Source: Scenedesmus sp. PABB004 (taxonomy: Eukaryota). From it: a stretch of 64,000 nucleotides of DNA. The stretch spans positions 124,001 to 188,000 of the forward strand of contig JABVCE010000014.1 in the NCBI GenBank assembly GCA_014905635.1, read 5' to 3'. Positions 11,794 to 24,843 of this stretch are shown here, in pieces. The notes under the pieces are model-generated. The model saw nothing but the letters and a program-made list of their open reading frames with translations, was not told the origin of the DNA and did no database searches. Position 1 is the stretch's first letter, and the number at the start of each line of letters is the position of its first letter. A program made the translations under genes and the position numbers.

Positions 11794-14098
11794 TCACGCC
11801 ACCGAGTCCAGCGCGGCGTCGCCGCCCTCCCCCGCGCCGCGCAGCGGCACGCGGCTCGGCGTCGGCTTGAGCGCCGCCGCCGGCGGGCCGCCGGGCGCGC
11901 CGCCGCCGCGCGGCGCGCCGGCCGCGGCGGCGCGCAGCGCGCGCGTGACGCAGGCCGCCGCGAGGCCGCCGGCGGCGGCCTGGATGCCGGCGAGGAGCGT
12001 GAAGTAGCGGCCGAGCCCGAGCGCCGCCACGCCCGGCACGCTGGCTATGATGATCACGGCCGCGCTGACAAACATGGCCGCGTGCATCGCCGCCGCCGCG
12101 GCGCCCGCGGCGGCCTGCTTGATCGTCGACACGTAGCCGAAGAGCCCCGGCAGGTACGCCGCCGACGCGACGCCGATGACAAAGTGGCCTGCGAGCGGGC
12201 CCACGAGCTGCGTGCGCGACGAGAGCGTCCAGCCGTAGAGCAGCAGCCCCGCCGGCATGAGCACCGCCGCGGCGGCGACGCTGAAGACGAGGCGCGCCTG
12301 CGGCGCGCCGCCGGGGCCCGCGCCCCAGCGCGCGGCCGCGACGTCCGAGAGCCGCCCGCCGACGGGCGAGCCTGCGGCGCGCGGCGTGCGGCGCGCGGCG
12401 CGCGGCGTCGGTGCGGCGTCGGCGCGCGGCGCGCTGCGTGGTGCGGCGCAGCGGGCGGCGCGGGTGTGCGGCGCGGCGCGGCGAGGCGCGGCGCGGCGCG
12501 GCGCCCACCGACAAACCCCGCCACGCCCATGGCCAGGTACGAGACGCCTGCGGGGCGGGCGGGCGCGGTGGTGCGCCGCCGTCGGCGCCGCTGGCCGGTG
12601 GCGGCGCCGCGGCGCGCCCGGCAGAGGGCCCCCCTCTGCCTGCGGCCGCACCGATCATCGCCTCGCTTAGGGAGTACGGCGGCGCGGCCATGGGCGCCGG
12701 CCACTCGGTCAGGCTGCCAAACATGCAGCCAAACGTGGTCATGACCTGCCGCGGCGCGCGCGGGTGGGCGCGGTCGGCGCGCGGCCCGGGCACGGCGGCG
12801 GCGGCGGCGGCGGCCGCGGCGGCGGCCGCGGCTGCCCCGCGAGTGCGCGCGGCGACGCGGCGCACCAGCAGGGCGTATGGCGCGATATCAAGCTCCACCA
12901 GGTAACGCAGCGGCACCTGGGGCGTGGGGGCGGCGTGAGCGGCTCGAGTGTGGCGGTGGCCACGCTGCGCCGCAGCTGGCGAGCACGGGTGAGAGAGGGA
13001 GCCTAGCAGGACCGCACCCGCCCGCTCACCCAGGGGGCCGCAAACACGCGCGGCGCCGCGAGGATGGCGGGCGCCTCGGCCAGCGCTGCGGCGGCCGCGG
13101 GGTCGACTCTGCTCAACTGCCGCACCACCCTGCGCGCGGGGCGGCGCCGCCGGCGGCGCGGCTGTGTGGGCCGGCGGCCGCAGCAGCGCGCCCCGCAGCG
13201 CGCCGCTCGCCGCCGCCGCGCACCGGTATTGCTGGGTCTCCGGCACCAGCAGCAGCAGCAGCGGCAGCACGACGCCGCCGGCAAACACGGCGAGGCAGAT
13301 GAACGTGCTGCGCCAGCCAAAGAGCTGGGAGAGCACGCCGCCGAGCACGGGCCCGGCCAGCGGCCCGACGAGCAGCGGGATCATGAACAGCCCGGTCGCG
13401 GTGCCGCGCACGGCGGGCGGGAAGACCTGCGCGCGGCGGCGTGGGCGGGCGCGCGGCGGGCGCGCCGCGGCCGGCCCGCCGCGGCTGGCCCAGCCGCCGC
13501 CCTCACGTCGGCGATCACGCCCGACCCGGTCGTGGTGTAGGCGGCGACCGCGACGCCCTGCAGCGCGCGGAACGCGACGAGCACGCCGATGGTGGGCGCA
13601 AAGATGCAGCCGACCGTGGTGCCCAGGAAGCCGAGGCTGGCCGCCAGGTACGTCGGCCGCCGCCCGAAGCGGTCCGCGAGCGGGCCCCAGAGCAGGGACC
13701 CGACGCCGACGGTCAGCATGTAGATGGCCACGCTCGCGGCGACGAGGGACGCGTCGGCGCTGAGGTCCTGGCCAACCTGCGGGGCGCGTCGGGGTCGCCG
13801 CCGCCCGCCGCCCGCCGCGCGGCGCCCCGGGCCCCGCCTGGCTCCCCCCGGCACCCCCGCGCCTGCGCGCACGCACCGCTTTGAGCGCAGGTAAGTATAT
13901 GGTATCGCAGAGCGGTACCATTACAGACGCGAGCGCGGCGACGCCGAGGATCGCCCAGCGCCGCCGCGGGCTGCGCAGGTCGTACACGCTCGCCGCGCGC
14001 GCCACAGGTGGCGCGGCGCCCATGCCGCCACCCACGGCGCCAGCGACTCGCTCCGGCCGCTGCGGCGGCGGCTGCGGCTGCGGCTGCGCGTGCTGCAT
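11794..14098 (-). CDS. Major facilitator superfamily transporter (DHA1 drug:H+ antiporter-like)
   Basis: RRWAILGVAALASVMVPLCDTIYLPAL, LWGPLADRFGRRPTYLA (MFS motif A), FRALQG, GVIAD|VFPPAVRGTATGLF, GPVLGGVLSQLFGWRSTF, VPET, GGRLSD; 7 GT-AG introns. Start codon uncertain. Confidence 0.9.
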
Positions 14099-14741
14099 CA
14101 ACTGCTGCGGCTGCGCCGCCGCGTGGCGCTGGTGCGCGGCGCCGACGTGCGGCGAGCGCGGCGGCGCGGACGCCACGGCTCCCCGTTCGTCCCTGCGGTG
14201 GTCAGAGGCGCGGCGAGCGGCGTGGGCTGCTGTCACTGCTGCCGCCGCCGCTGCTGTTGCCGCCGCTGCTGTGGCCAGTCGCCGCTCACTCAGCACGGCG
14301 GCGGGACAGCTCGTCGTCGGGGCCGTGGCCGCTGCCGCCGTGCATCGCGGACGCCGCGCAGCGGCGGCTGCGGCGGCAGGACGGCCTGGCGCTGCTGCTC
14401 GGACGCGCAGCGCGGCGTGGAGGGCCGGGGCGCGAGCGCGGGTGGCTGATCGCTGACCGGCGCTGACCGGCGAAGGGAGTGCCCACGGGGTGCACCACGG
14501 CAAGCAGGCGCGCGGCGGGGCGGCGGGGTCCAGCGGCATCGCGACTCAGCCGAGACGCCGGGGTCGTCGCTCCGGTCAAGTGAACCTGAGCCGAGCGCCA
14601 ACTGGCCTAGTTGCCAGGCTCGTCGCTCCCAAATGCCTGAGATTCGCCGCCACGGTGCTCCACCGCTCCGGAGCGCCGCTTGGCGAGCGCGCGGCAGCCA
14701 GTCCCGCGCACGCTCGCACTCGTGCGCGCCCGCGCGCCGAC

Positions 14742-16216
14742 TCACGGCGGCGGCATCAGCTCGAGCGCCGCCGCGGCCAGCGCCGCCACCGCGGCGTCAA
14801 AGCCCGACGGCGTGGCCGGCGCGAGCGCTCCGTCGTCGCTGCTGTCGCGGCCGCGCCCGCGGCCGCTGCCGCCCTGCGCCGCCGCCGCCGCCTGCAGCGC
14901 CGGCACGTCCAGCGAGACCAGCAGCTCTGAAGGCACATCGGGGTCGGGCAGGACCAAAAGCAGCGGGTCGGCAAGCAGCGCCTGGCGGAACGGCACGCCC
15001 AGGAGCTCGGAGCATGGCACACCCAGCTCCTGCGCGGCGGCAGCAGGGGGAGGCCCTGCGGCGTCTGCGCGACGGCGCGTGCGCCCCCCGCGTGCGCGCG
15101 GCCGGCCAGCGCTGCGCGCGCCGTGCCGCTCGGCCCACCAGGTTCACGCACGCCGCCAGGCGCGCGGTCCGTGCCGGCGCCACCGCCAGCTGCAGCGTGA
15201 CCAGCCGGCGCACGCGCGCCTCGGGCGAGGCGTTGCCGGGGGCAGCGCCGCGTCAATGGCAGCCGCCAGCTGCGGTGGCGCTGCCGCGTGCAGTGCTGCC
15301 GCTGACGCATGCGCGCCGCTGTCGCTGGCGGCGCCGTCTTTGATGTGCGCCGCCGCCGCCACGAGCAGCAGGGCCGGGCTCAGCGACACGCTGTCTGCGC
15401 TGTCCGACACGGCAAAGGCGGCGTCATGCTTGAGCAGCACGCGCAGCGACTGCTGCAGGCCGAGGCTCGCCGGGCTGCCGACCTCCTGTCGGGCGGGCGC
15501 GCGGCGCGCGGCGCGGGTCAGCGACAGGCGGCGGGCGCCCGCGGCCGGCGCGTCCTCGCCCTCCCCCGCACCGCGTACACGGAAGGCATGATGCTGGCGA
15601 GGCTCGCGCTGTGCGGCGGCTCCACGAGGCGCAGCGCGACCGCGTGCTTGAGCCGCACCGCGGGCGACGGGCTGTCGGCCGCCCAGACCGTGCGCGCCGC
15701 CACAGCCAAGCAGTCGCGCAGCTGCGCGGGCTGCATTGACTGCACCAGGCGCCGAGCCGACGCCAGCACGGCGCTCACCTGCATCGCGCTGTGCCCCCGA
15801 GTCGCCTCGGGCTCTGCCGCCAGCTGCGGCGGCGGCGCGCCGCCGCGGGCCTCGGCCTCCGCCGCGGCGGCGCGCAGCGCGCGCGTGTCCAGGGCAAACC
15901 ACAGCTCTGACACCTCGGCACGGGTGAGGTAGAACACGGGGCTGCCCAGCAGCAGCTCGCGCAGCGGCGGCAGGTCGCCGGCGGCCTGGAGCAGGCGAAA
16001 CGAGCGCCGCGTTTGCTCAAGAATCGACTGGCAAATAGCCGAAGCACGCGTGTTGCCGGGCCAGGCCAGCAGGTGCAGCGCCGCGATGCGGCGCACGCCG
16101 TTGGCGCTCCTCGGCGGGCCAGGGAACGCGCTGTGCACCGCAGCAGCAAGTCGGGCGTCCACCGGCCGCGGCTCGTCCGCCGGCGCCGCCCCAGGCGCGC
16201 CCGCGGGGTGGGCCAT
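14742..16216 (-). CDS. Hypothetical protein
   Basis: Coding-like exons (VRRIAALHLLAWPGN...LGSPVFYLTRAEVSELWFALD; QSLRVLLKHDAAF; VRRLVTLQL; ELLGVPFRQALLADPLLLVLPDP) joined by GT-AG introns; a frameshift at the G5 run 15238-15242 is needed. No family recognised. Confidence 0.55.
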
Positions 16217-16623
16217 CGCGCTGGCGGGCGTGGCCGCCGCCGCCGGCGGCGCGCGCAGCCGCGCCCTGCCGCGCTGCGCCGCCGGCGCGCTGCGCCGCTG
16301 CCGCTGCTCTGCTGGGCGCGGCGCCTCGCCGCCTGTTGCTGACGACGAGCCCAGGGAACGCGGGGTCGCCTCGGCGCGCGGGTGGTGGCGTGCGGGGCGG
16401 GCTGCGGCAGAGGGCGGGCACGGCGGGCGCGCGGCGGCGCGCTGCTGCGGCCGCCGCTGCGCCGCGGGGCAGCCGACGGGCGTGGGCGGCAGGGAGGGGG
16501 CGGACAGGCCGAGCGGGCGCGGGGATCACCGCCCCGCAAGCTGGCAGCGGCGGGGCTTGCGGTTTGGCGCTGTGTTACGCGGCACGTGCAGCGTGCGGCG
16601 CCGTGAATGAGCGCGCGGCCCGC

Positions 16624-16941
16624 TCAGCGCAGGTGCTTGCCAAAATGCGCGGCGATGAGTGCGACCGCTGCGCCAGCCGCCGCCGCGACGTCGGGCTTGG
16701 TGTAGTCGCCGCGCGCGCCGCAGAAGCCGTGGATCATGCCCTCCTCGCGCGTGAACACGCACTCGCCCGCCCACGGCTTGCCCGCGACCGCGTCCGCCAG
16801 CGACTCGAGCGGGTCCCCCGGCGTCGAGATGACCGCCAGCGGGCCGTGCAGCGCGGCCGCGAGCTCGGCGTCGCGGCCGAAGAGCGTTGGGTGCAGCATG
16901 CCGGTCGCGGCAAAGGTCCCGCCGTCGGCTGCCGCGCGGCG

Positions 16942-16976
<35 letters not shown>

Positions 16977-17804
16977 CGTGGGCGCGGGCGGGCGGGCGGG
17001 CGCGGGGGGGCGCGGGCGCGGGCGGGCGGGCGCGGGCGGGCGCGCGGGCGGGCGGGCGCTGCGCGCAGGGTGGCGGGTCCCCGGCGCGCGCGCGCGCGCG
17101 CGCGGCGCCGCACCCGCGGCCTGCGCGGCCATCACGGCGCCCCAGCAGAAGCCGAGCGCGCCGAACGAGGACACGCCGCGGCCGCGCAGCGCGTCCACGA
17201 CGGCGGTCACGTCGCGCGAGACCGCGTCCCACGTGTGGCTCTTGATCCAGCCGGGCAGGTCGTCCTCGGGCTTGGGAGGGAACCTGCGCGCGGTGCGTCA
17301 CGTGTGCCGCAGCGTGGGGGGCGTGCGTGCGGGCGGGCGCCGGCCGGCGCGGCCGGCAACCTAAACCCTATGCCCCCCCCGCGCGCGCGCGCGGGCCGCG
17401 CGCACCTGTCGAGCGACCAGGGCTTGCCGCGGAACACGTCCGGCGCCGCCACGACCGCGCCGGTCGCCGCGGCGAGGCGGTCGCAAAACTGCTGGAACTG
17501 CGCGGCGCGGCAGCGGGGGGCGGTGGCGGCGGCGCGGGCGCGTCGCCGGCGCGCGCGCGGCGTCGGCGCGAACGGCCGGGCTCCCTCCCGCCCTGGCCCT
17601 GCCGCCAGGGGGAGTCTCCCTCTGCGCGCGGCGCGCCTGGGGGTAGGCGAAGCCAAAGATGTCGTAGATGGCCACGATTCCCGCCTTGGCCCCCGCCGGG
17701 CCGGTCACGTAGACGGCCGCGCCGCCGTCGCCGATCGGCTCGAACGCGCCCACGGGCGTGTAGTCCGCGACCACCGGCGCGCCCGCGGCGCAGCAGACGT
17801 CCAT
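16624..17804 (-). CDS. Dienelactone hydrolase family protein
   Basis: MDVCCAAGAPVVADYTPVG, IVAIYDIFGF, VAAPDVFRG, nucleophile motif GFCWG, GMIHGFCGARGD; 3 introns. Confidence 0.9.
16943..16974. repeat. Poly-G tract (~32 nt) in a DLH intron
   Basis: Uninterrupted G run; shorter C/G runs at ~759-774 and ~879-895. Confidence 0.85.
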
Positions 17805-18384
17805 GGCGGCGCTGCGGGGCGGCCCAACGGCGGTGTGAGCAGCGCGCGCGGTGCCGCAGCCGCAGCCGCCTGCCGCCGCTGCGTCAGCGTGAGCGCCCTG
17901 CGCACCTCGACAGGCAGGCGACACTGGGTGCGGACGCGACGGCAGCGAACGCGCGTTGATGCGCGGCGCGGGCGCGGCGGACGAGGGATGCCGCCGCTGC
18001 TTCCGTGGCGCCGGCGATCGCCGTCAGGGCTGCGGTGCGTCACGCGCGAGCGTAGCGGTTGCCGGCCTGGCTCGGGAAGGAGCATGGAGCATGGCGGTCA
18101 GCCGCGGTTTGCGTCGCGAGCTGCGCCGCCAGGGGCCCAAGTGACAGCCGTTTCACTCCCCCCCTGCCGCGCGCCCTGCATGCCCCCGCCCTGGTCAAGC
18201 AGCGCACGCACGCGATACGAGCAAGGCCCCCCCGACGTCAGTGCCGCCCGCACGCCCACCGCTCACCGCGCGCGCTGCGTGGCGCGCCGCCCGCCGCCCT
18301 GCGCCCTCGACCCGCCCGGCGGCCGCACACGCACGCACGCCCCGCGCCGCCGCCTGCCACGCCGCGCGGTCACGCCGCGCCGCG

Positions 18385-21300
18385 TCAGTCGGTAAAGTTG
18401 AACGGCGTGAACGCGTAGCCGTCGCCGCGATAAAACTTGTTCTGGAACTCCACCCAGTGCAGGCGCAGGGCGTGCAGGAAGGCGGAGAGGCTCTCCATGA
18501 CCATCAGCACGCCCATGGTCGCACAGAAAAACACAAAGAACCCTGCGGGGCGGGGTGGGCGGGGGTTTGGGGTTAAGGGAGGTCACGCGTCGGGCGGGAG
18601 GGCTCAGTGTGGTGCTGAGGGTTTCCGAGGGAGCAGGGCAGCCGCCGGGGCCGGCGCGGAGGGAGCGCCGCGCCGCGCCGCGCCGCGCCGGATGCCGCCG
18701 CCCGCGCCGTGCGGCCAGCGCCCGAGCAGCAGCCCGGCGCCCCGGCAGCAGCCCCGGCGACCCGGCGGCGGCGGCGCGGCGCGGGTCGCCCACCGATCAT
18801 GATTGCGAGCGGGCTGTTGAGGCCGATGGTCATCATGAGCACGCGGTCGTAAAAGACGGCGCTGAGCTGGCTGTGCGCGAGGCTGAGCGCCCAGAGGCGC
18901 AGGTACGACGCGGTGTTGGAGACGGCGCCGAGCACAAACTCGATCGTGTGGATCATCTGGTGCACCACGACCTCGCCAAAGTCAAACCCGCCGCCGTGGC
19001 CGTGCCCGCCGTGCCCGCCGCCGCCGTGGTCGTCGGCTGCGCCGGGGCGCGCGCGGGGCGGGGCGCGCGCGGGGCGGGGCGCGGATCTCGGCGGGCGCCG
19101 TGGGGGAGCGAGCGCGCCGGGCGGGGCGGGGAGCCGCGCGGCGCGCGCGCGCGAGAGCGGGGGGCGGCGCGCGCACGCACCCGCGTGCGAGCTGCTGGCG
19201 TGCCCCGCGACGAGGCCGCGCCGCGCCTCCTCGTCCTCGTCGCCGTCCAGGCCGACCATGTCGTATGCGCGGCGCTGCGCGCGGCGCGGCGGGGCAGGAC
19301 GGGGCGGCGGTGAGCCGGCCGACCGCGCGCGCGGGCTGTGGCCCGCCCGCGGGCTCCGCTGCCGCCGCCACGCGCGGCCCCGCCGCCGCCGCCCGTAAAC
19401 CTGAGCCCTGCCCGCGCGCGCCGCGCCTGGTTGAGCGACGCCTCGTGGCGCTTCTTGAGGATGAGCGGCTTGGGCAGCAGCATCCACGGCACCGCCGCAA
19501 ACGCAACGAGCAGCAGCACCACCTGCGGTGCCGCGCGCGCGCGTCCGTTCGTCGGCTCCCCGCCGCCGCGCCCGCTCCTCCCTCCCTCCCTCCTGCTCCT
19601 CCCGCGCCGCGCCCCAGCTCGCCGCGCCCGCCGCGCCCGCCCACCTGCAGGCCGGCCTGGCCTGGGAAGAGGTAGCCGGCCTCGTCGACGGTGCCTGGCG
19701 AGAGGAACATGTAGATCATCACGTGGTACAGGTCCGTCTTGGCCGCGCTCAGCCACTTGTACACGATCGCCAGGCAGAGGTAGCCAAAGAGGGCGTTGAG
19801 GAAGATCATCTGTGGGTACGGGGTGGGTTGAGCGGGCGGGGTGGGCGGGCGGAGAGGGCGGTCGGGTGGTCGTGAGTGCGCGCGCGAGTGCGCGTGCGTG
19901 CAGTTGGGCGGTAGCGGGCAGGCGGCGGCGGGGCGGGCCCGCCCCGCCCCGCCCGGGCCGGGCCGGGCCGGCGCCGCAGCGCGCGGCGCCGCGCGGGCGC
20001 GCGCCTGGGGCACGAACTCGCAGAGCGTGGAGAGCCTGTCCCTGAAGTAGAGGTTGTTCCAGAGGGACATCACGATGCCCAGGTTCATGTGCACCACGCC
20101 CAGCAGGATCGACCTGCACCCGCGGGGCGGGGCGCGGGTGGGCGGGTGGTGTGAGGGCGCGCGCCGCCGCAGAGGGGGCTTCAAGCGTGGCTCCGAGGGG
20201 CCCCCGAGAGAGCCCCGAGCCTCCCCCCTCCCCCTGCAGCGCTGGACCCATGGCCTCACTCACATCTTCATCTTCATGCTGTTGAGGAAGGGCAGCTCTG
20301 CGGGGGAGATGGGGCGGAGACACGGGCAGGCGTGCGGGGCGGGGAGAGGCAGCGCTCAGGGGCGTGCCGGCGCGCACAGCGCGCTGCGCGGGCCGCACGC
20401 TGTGCGCAGGCGGGGCGCCGGCGCCCGCGCCGCGCGGCGCGCACCCGACTTGGTGCCGTGCCACACGGGGTCGACGCCGAAGGGGTAGGGCGGCGCGCCG
20501 GGCGGGAACGCGACCTCGCCGCCGAGCTCGGGGCACGCGCGCATGTCGGTCACGTCCTCGCGCACCGACCCGTTGACAAAGCACTGCGCAGCACGGCGGC
20601 GGGACGGGGCGGGGGCTCGGGCGGGGCTCGGGCGGGGCTCGCGCCGCCCCTGCCGCCGCGCGCTCCCCCACCCCGCCCGCGGCCGCCGCCCCGCGCCCGC
20701 GGCCGCCGCCGCCGCCCGCCGCCCGCCGCGCGCCGCCCCGCGGCCGCGGCGGCGGCGCCGCCCCGCGCCCGCGCGCGCTGCGCACCCGGGCGCGCGTGGG
20801 GCCGAAGAGCAGCGTCATGGGCATGCTGAAGAACTCGTTGTATATGAGCCCCGTGAAGATGGAGAACGTGGCCATGAGCACGATGCAGTAGCGCCCGCCA
20901 AAGAGCATGCCGAAGATCTCGTCCAGCTGGGAGCGCAGCAGGGCCTTCTCGTTGACCAGCAGGTAGGACGCAAACGCCATCATGACCAGGCCGTGCCCAA
21001 AGTCGCCTGCCGCGGGCGGGGCGGGTGGTGCGTGGTGTGGGCGGGCGCGTGGTGGCGTGAGTGTGTGGGGTGAGTCGTACACATCAAGTGAATGAGTGAG
21101 TGCGTGCGTGCGTGAGTGAGTGAGCGAGCGAGTGCGAGCGGGCGGGCGGCGGTGCGGGCGCGCGTGGCGAGGCGTGGCGGCGCACCAAACATGACGGCGA
21201 AGAGGAAGGGGAAGGTCACGATGGTGAAGACCGCGGGGTTGACCTCGCGGTACCGGGCCACGCCGTACGCGTCCACGATCGCCTGCGGGCGGGAGGAGGT

Positions 21301-23553
21301 GGAGGAGGGAGGAGGAGGGAGGAGCAGGTGGGCGCGCCGGGGGAGAGGGGGGAGGGAGGGAGCGGGGCGGCGCGGCGACGGCGCGCGCGCCCGGCCGCAA
21401 CGGCGCCACGCTCGCAGGGCCGCAGCGCTCCGCAGCTGCGCCCGCGCGGCCGCTGCGCATGCTGCGCGCAGTGCGCGCTGCGCGCTGCGCCGCGCCGCGC
21501 CTGGAAGCACTCGGTGAACATGTCGGTCTTGAAGTACGTCGGCGGCGGGTCGCCCGTCGACAGGGGCTGCAGCACCGTGTGCACCTGCACGGCGCGCCGG
21601 GGCGGTGCGCCGGGGCGGCGTGGGCGGCGCGCGCGGCCCTCGCGCGCGCAGCGCGGCTGTGCGCCCCCGCCGGCGCAGCGCAGCGCGCGCGCAGCGCGCG
21701 GGCGCGCGCCTGGGTGGACGACGCGTGCGCGGCGAGGCGCAGCGCCTCGTGCACGCGCGGCTTGGCGTTGGTGGGGCACCACGCCTCTGCGACGAGGACC
21801 TTGCGGCTGGTGTCCATGCTGAGCTTGTTGAGCGTGTGGTGCACCGCCTTCTCGCGCTTGACCTGCGCGATGGGCGTGTGTGGTTGCGGACGTGGTGTTG
21901 GTTGGGGCCCGGCGGCGGCTCCCCGAGGGAGGGCTCGTCGCTCAAGGGCTGTGGCCCGCCGCCGAGCTGTGCGGCCCCCGCGCCGCCCGCTTCCCCCCCC
22001 CCCCCTCTCACACACACGCACGCATGCACGCACGAACACGCAGCCGCCCACCTGCGTGGCCCAGCCGTCGAGGTTGAACGCGATGTTCTGCAGCACCGCC
22101 TCGCGGTGGCGCTCGCCCGCCTCGATCGTCGCGTGCAGCTCGCGCAGGCGCGCGGTGACCTCGCCGTGCATCGCGCGCTGGCGCCCCGGGTCCTCGGGGA
22201 AGGGGTAGCGGTTGGCAGCAAAGGCCTCGCAGATCTGGGGACGCGCGCGGTCGTGTGTGTGACACGAGCGAGTGACGGCGCGAGCGAGACGGAGTAGCGG
22301 CGTAGGCACGGCGGGCGGGCGGGCGGGCGGGCGGGCGGCGCGGGCGGGCGGGCGGGCGGGCGGGCGGGGGCGGGCGGGCGGGCGGCGTCAGGGACCGGTG
22401 CAGCCGTCCCGAACGACCCCGCCGCCGCGCGCGCCGCGCCCCGGGCCTCCCTCCCGCGGGGCCTGCCGCCGCCGCGCCCGCCGCGCCCGTCGCGCGCCCT
22501 GCCGCCGCGCGTGCGCCCCCGCGCGCGGCGCACCTTGAGGACCTTGGTCCGCGCGCGCTCGCCGGCGTAGAAGACCACAAAGACGTGCTTCTCCTGCTGC
22601 TCCCCGCTGCCCGGGTCGCGCACCGCGCCGACGGGCGTCTGGCGCAGGAACATGTTGCCGCGCGTCGCGCGGAAGAGCAGGCGCTCAAAGCCGTTCAGCT
22701 TCTCCTGCGGGATGAGCCCCGCGACAAAGCCCAGCCGCCCCGCGCCCGCCGCGCCCGACTGCGGCGGCCGACGGCGGCGGCCGGCGCGGCGGCGGCGGCG
22801 GCGTGAGGCGCGCGCGGGGGCGTGCGCGGGCGGCGCCGACGCGCTGCCCGCGCGCCGCGTGCGCCCGCGCCGCCGCACCGGCAGCGCGCTCTCGAGCAGC
22901 GGCGCGTCGATGGCCTCGGGCACCGAGTAGGAGCGCTCAAAGCTCTCCGCCTGCGCGTCGATGCGGGCCTGGTCGAAGAAGCTGCCAGCCTTCTCCAGCA
23001 CGAGCTGCAGCTCCACGAGCTCGTTGTAGCTGCGCGCGAGGCGCTCGCTGTTGCCGTTGACCTCCAGCATCTCCGCCTCCAGCTCGTCCAGCTTGCCCTG
23101 CGCGGCGGCGGCGGCGGCGGCGGCGCGGCGGGGCTCGCGCGGGGCTCGCGCGGGCTCGTGCCGCTGCAGCAGCTGCGGCGCGGCGAGGCGCTCGTGCTGC
23201 GGCGCGGCGAGGTGCCCGTGCTGCGGCGAGCGCGGCGCCCGCGCCCCCCGCGCCGCGCGCACCTCCAGCTCGTCCATGTCCACGGTCTTGTCGGGCAGTG
23301 AGCGGATGCCCACAGTGAGGCCGCCCTTCTCAACCTGCTCGCGGGGAGTGCGCGCAGCGGCAGCGGCGGCGGAGCGCGTTGGCGCCGCCGAGCCGCGCCG
23401 CGCCGCGCCGTGGCCCACAGCCGCGCGGCGGCGGCGCGGGCCGTCGCCCGCGGGCAGTGGCGGCCAGGGGGGCCCCCGCGGCGCACCTGCTCGTGGAAGA
23501 AGCGGATTTTGCGGGCCATCTCGTCGCAGCGCTTCACCTGCGCGCGCGCCGCG

Positions 23554-23586
<33 letters not shown>

Positions 23587-23929
23587 GCGGGCTGGGCGGG
23601 CGCCGGGGGTTGGGGGGCGGCGACGGTGGGGCGACGGGGCCGCACCTGGCTGGCGTAGGTGCGCTGGAAGGCGGACTTGTCGGCGTTGAGATCCTTGAAC
23701 TGCAGCAGCCCCACGTCGCCCAGCGCGGCGATGGTGTCGTGCGCGCTCTCCGCCGGGATCATCAGCTGCGCCCCGGGACGGCGTGGGCGGGGCGTGAGGG
23801 GCGCCCGGTCCTGCGGGCCGGCGCCCGGGCGCCCCGGGGCCTGCGCCGGGCGCGCACCTGGACCAGCTGCATCTCCTCGCTGCGCCATAGGTCGATGTTG
23901 TTGAAGCCGAAGTCCAGGAGGCCCGGCAT
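18385..23929 (-). CDS. VHA-a: V-type H+-ATPase V0 subunit a
   Basis: [139 protein letters not shown]; about 17 introns. Confidence 0.97.
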
Positions 23930-24843
23930 GGCGCCGAGGGCGCGGCCGCGCGCCCGCGGGCGCGGCGGCGGCGTGCGGGCGCTGCTGCTCGGCGCGCGGG
24001 CGCGCCTGCTGCTGCGGCGGACGCCGCTCGTCCCTCTGCTGCGTGCCTGCCGGCGGCGGCGGCTGCCCAGCGGTGTGGCGGCGCAGTGGCGGCGCGGGAA
24101 GGAATCTGCGGACGCAACGCTGTACACGGCGCGCCAAAGACCTACGCGCGCGAATCGCGCCCGCCGCGCCCGCCGCGCGCGCCGGCGCCGAGTCCCACCA
24201 GCCCCTGCACCGCCACCGCCGCGCCGGCAGCGATCGGCCTCGCAACCCCCGCACCCGACGCCGACAGCGCGCGGCAGCGGCGCGGGGTCGTGCGCGCGCC
24301 GCCGTGTGTGGCGCGGCCGGCGACGGCACGCCATAGATGCACGCCACGTCTCGGTGGGCTGCGCAGCGGGGAGGGGCGCGCCGCGCAAGCCGTGGGGCCC
24401 GCGTGCGCTGCGCCGCCGCGAGCGCACGCGCGCGCGTCCACGACCGCCGCCGCGCCCGCGCGGCCGCCCTCTTTTCATGCTGCTGTGCAGGTTCTCCGCA
24501 ACCGCTCGCGCCACCAGCCTGCTTCACCTCGCCCGCCGCTGCTTCACCTCGCCCGCCGCTGCCGCGCCGCGCGTGTGCCGGTTCTACCCGCAGCGTGAGT
24601 GCGGCCGGGGCGTCCTGGTCGGAGGGCGCGGGGCGGGCGCGGCAGCCTGGGCGCGGGGCGCCGCCGAGTGCACGCTCGGGGCAATCTGGGGCCCCTCCCG
24701 CCGCCTGCGGGGCCCTAGGTCCAGCGGGCGGCGCGCTGTTGCCTTGATCACATCGCCGGCCGCGCTCAGGCAGCTGCACGGCGCCTCTCCGCCGCCCGCG
24801 CGCGAGCGCAGTGCCCCGGCACCGGCCCTCGCCGCTCGCGACC

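Noticed and set aside
1..23929. Vacuolar gene cluster (VPS18, S28 peptidase, MFS, V-ATPase a)
   Set aside because: Few genes, interspersed with unrelated ones, and localisations unverified; chance is an adequate explanation.
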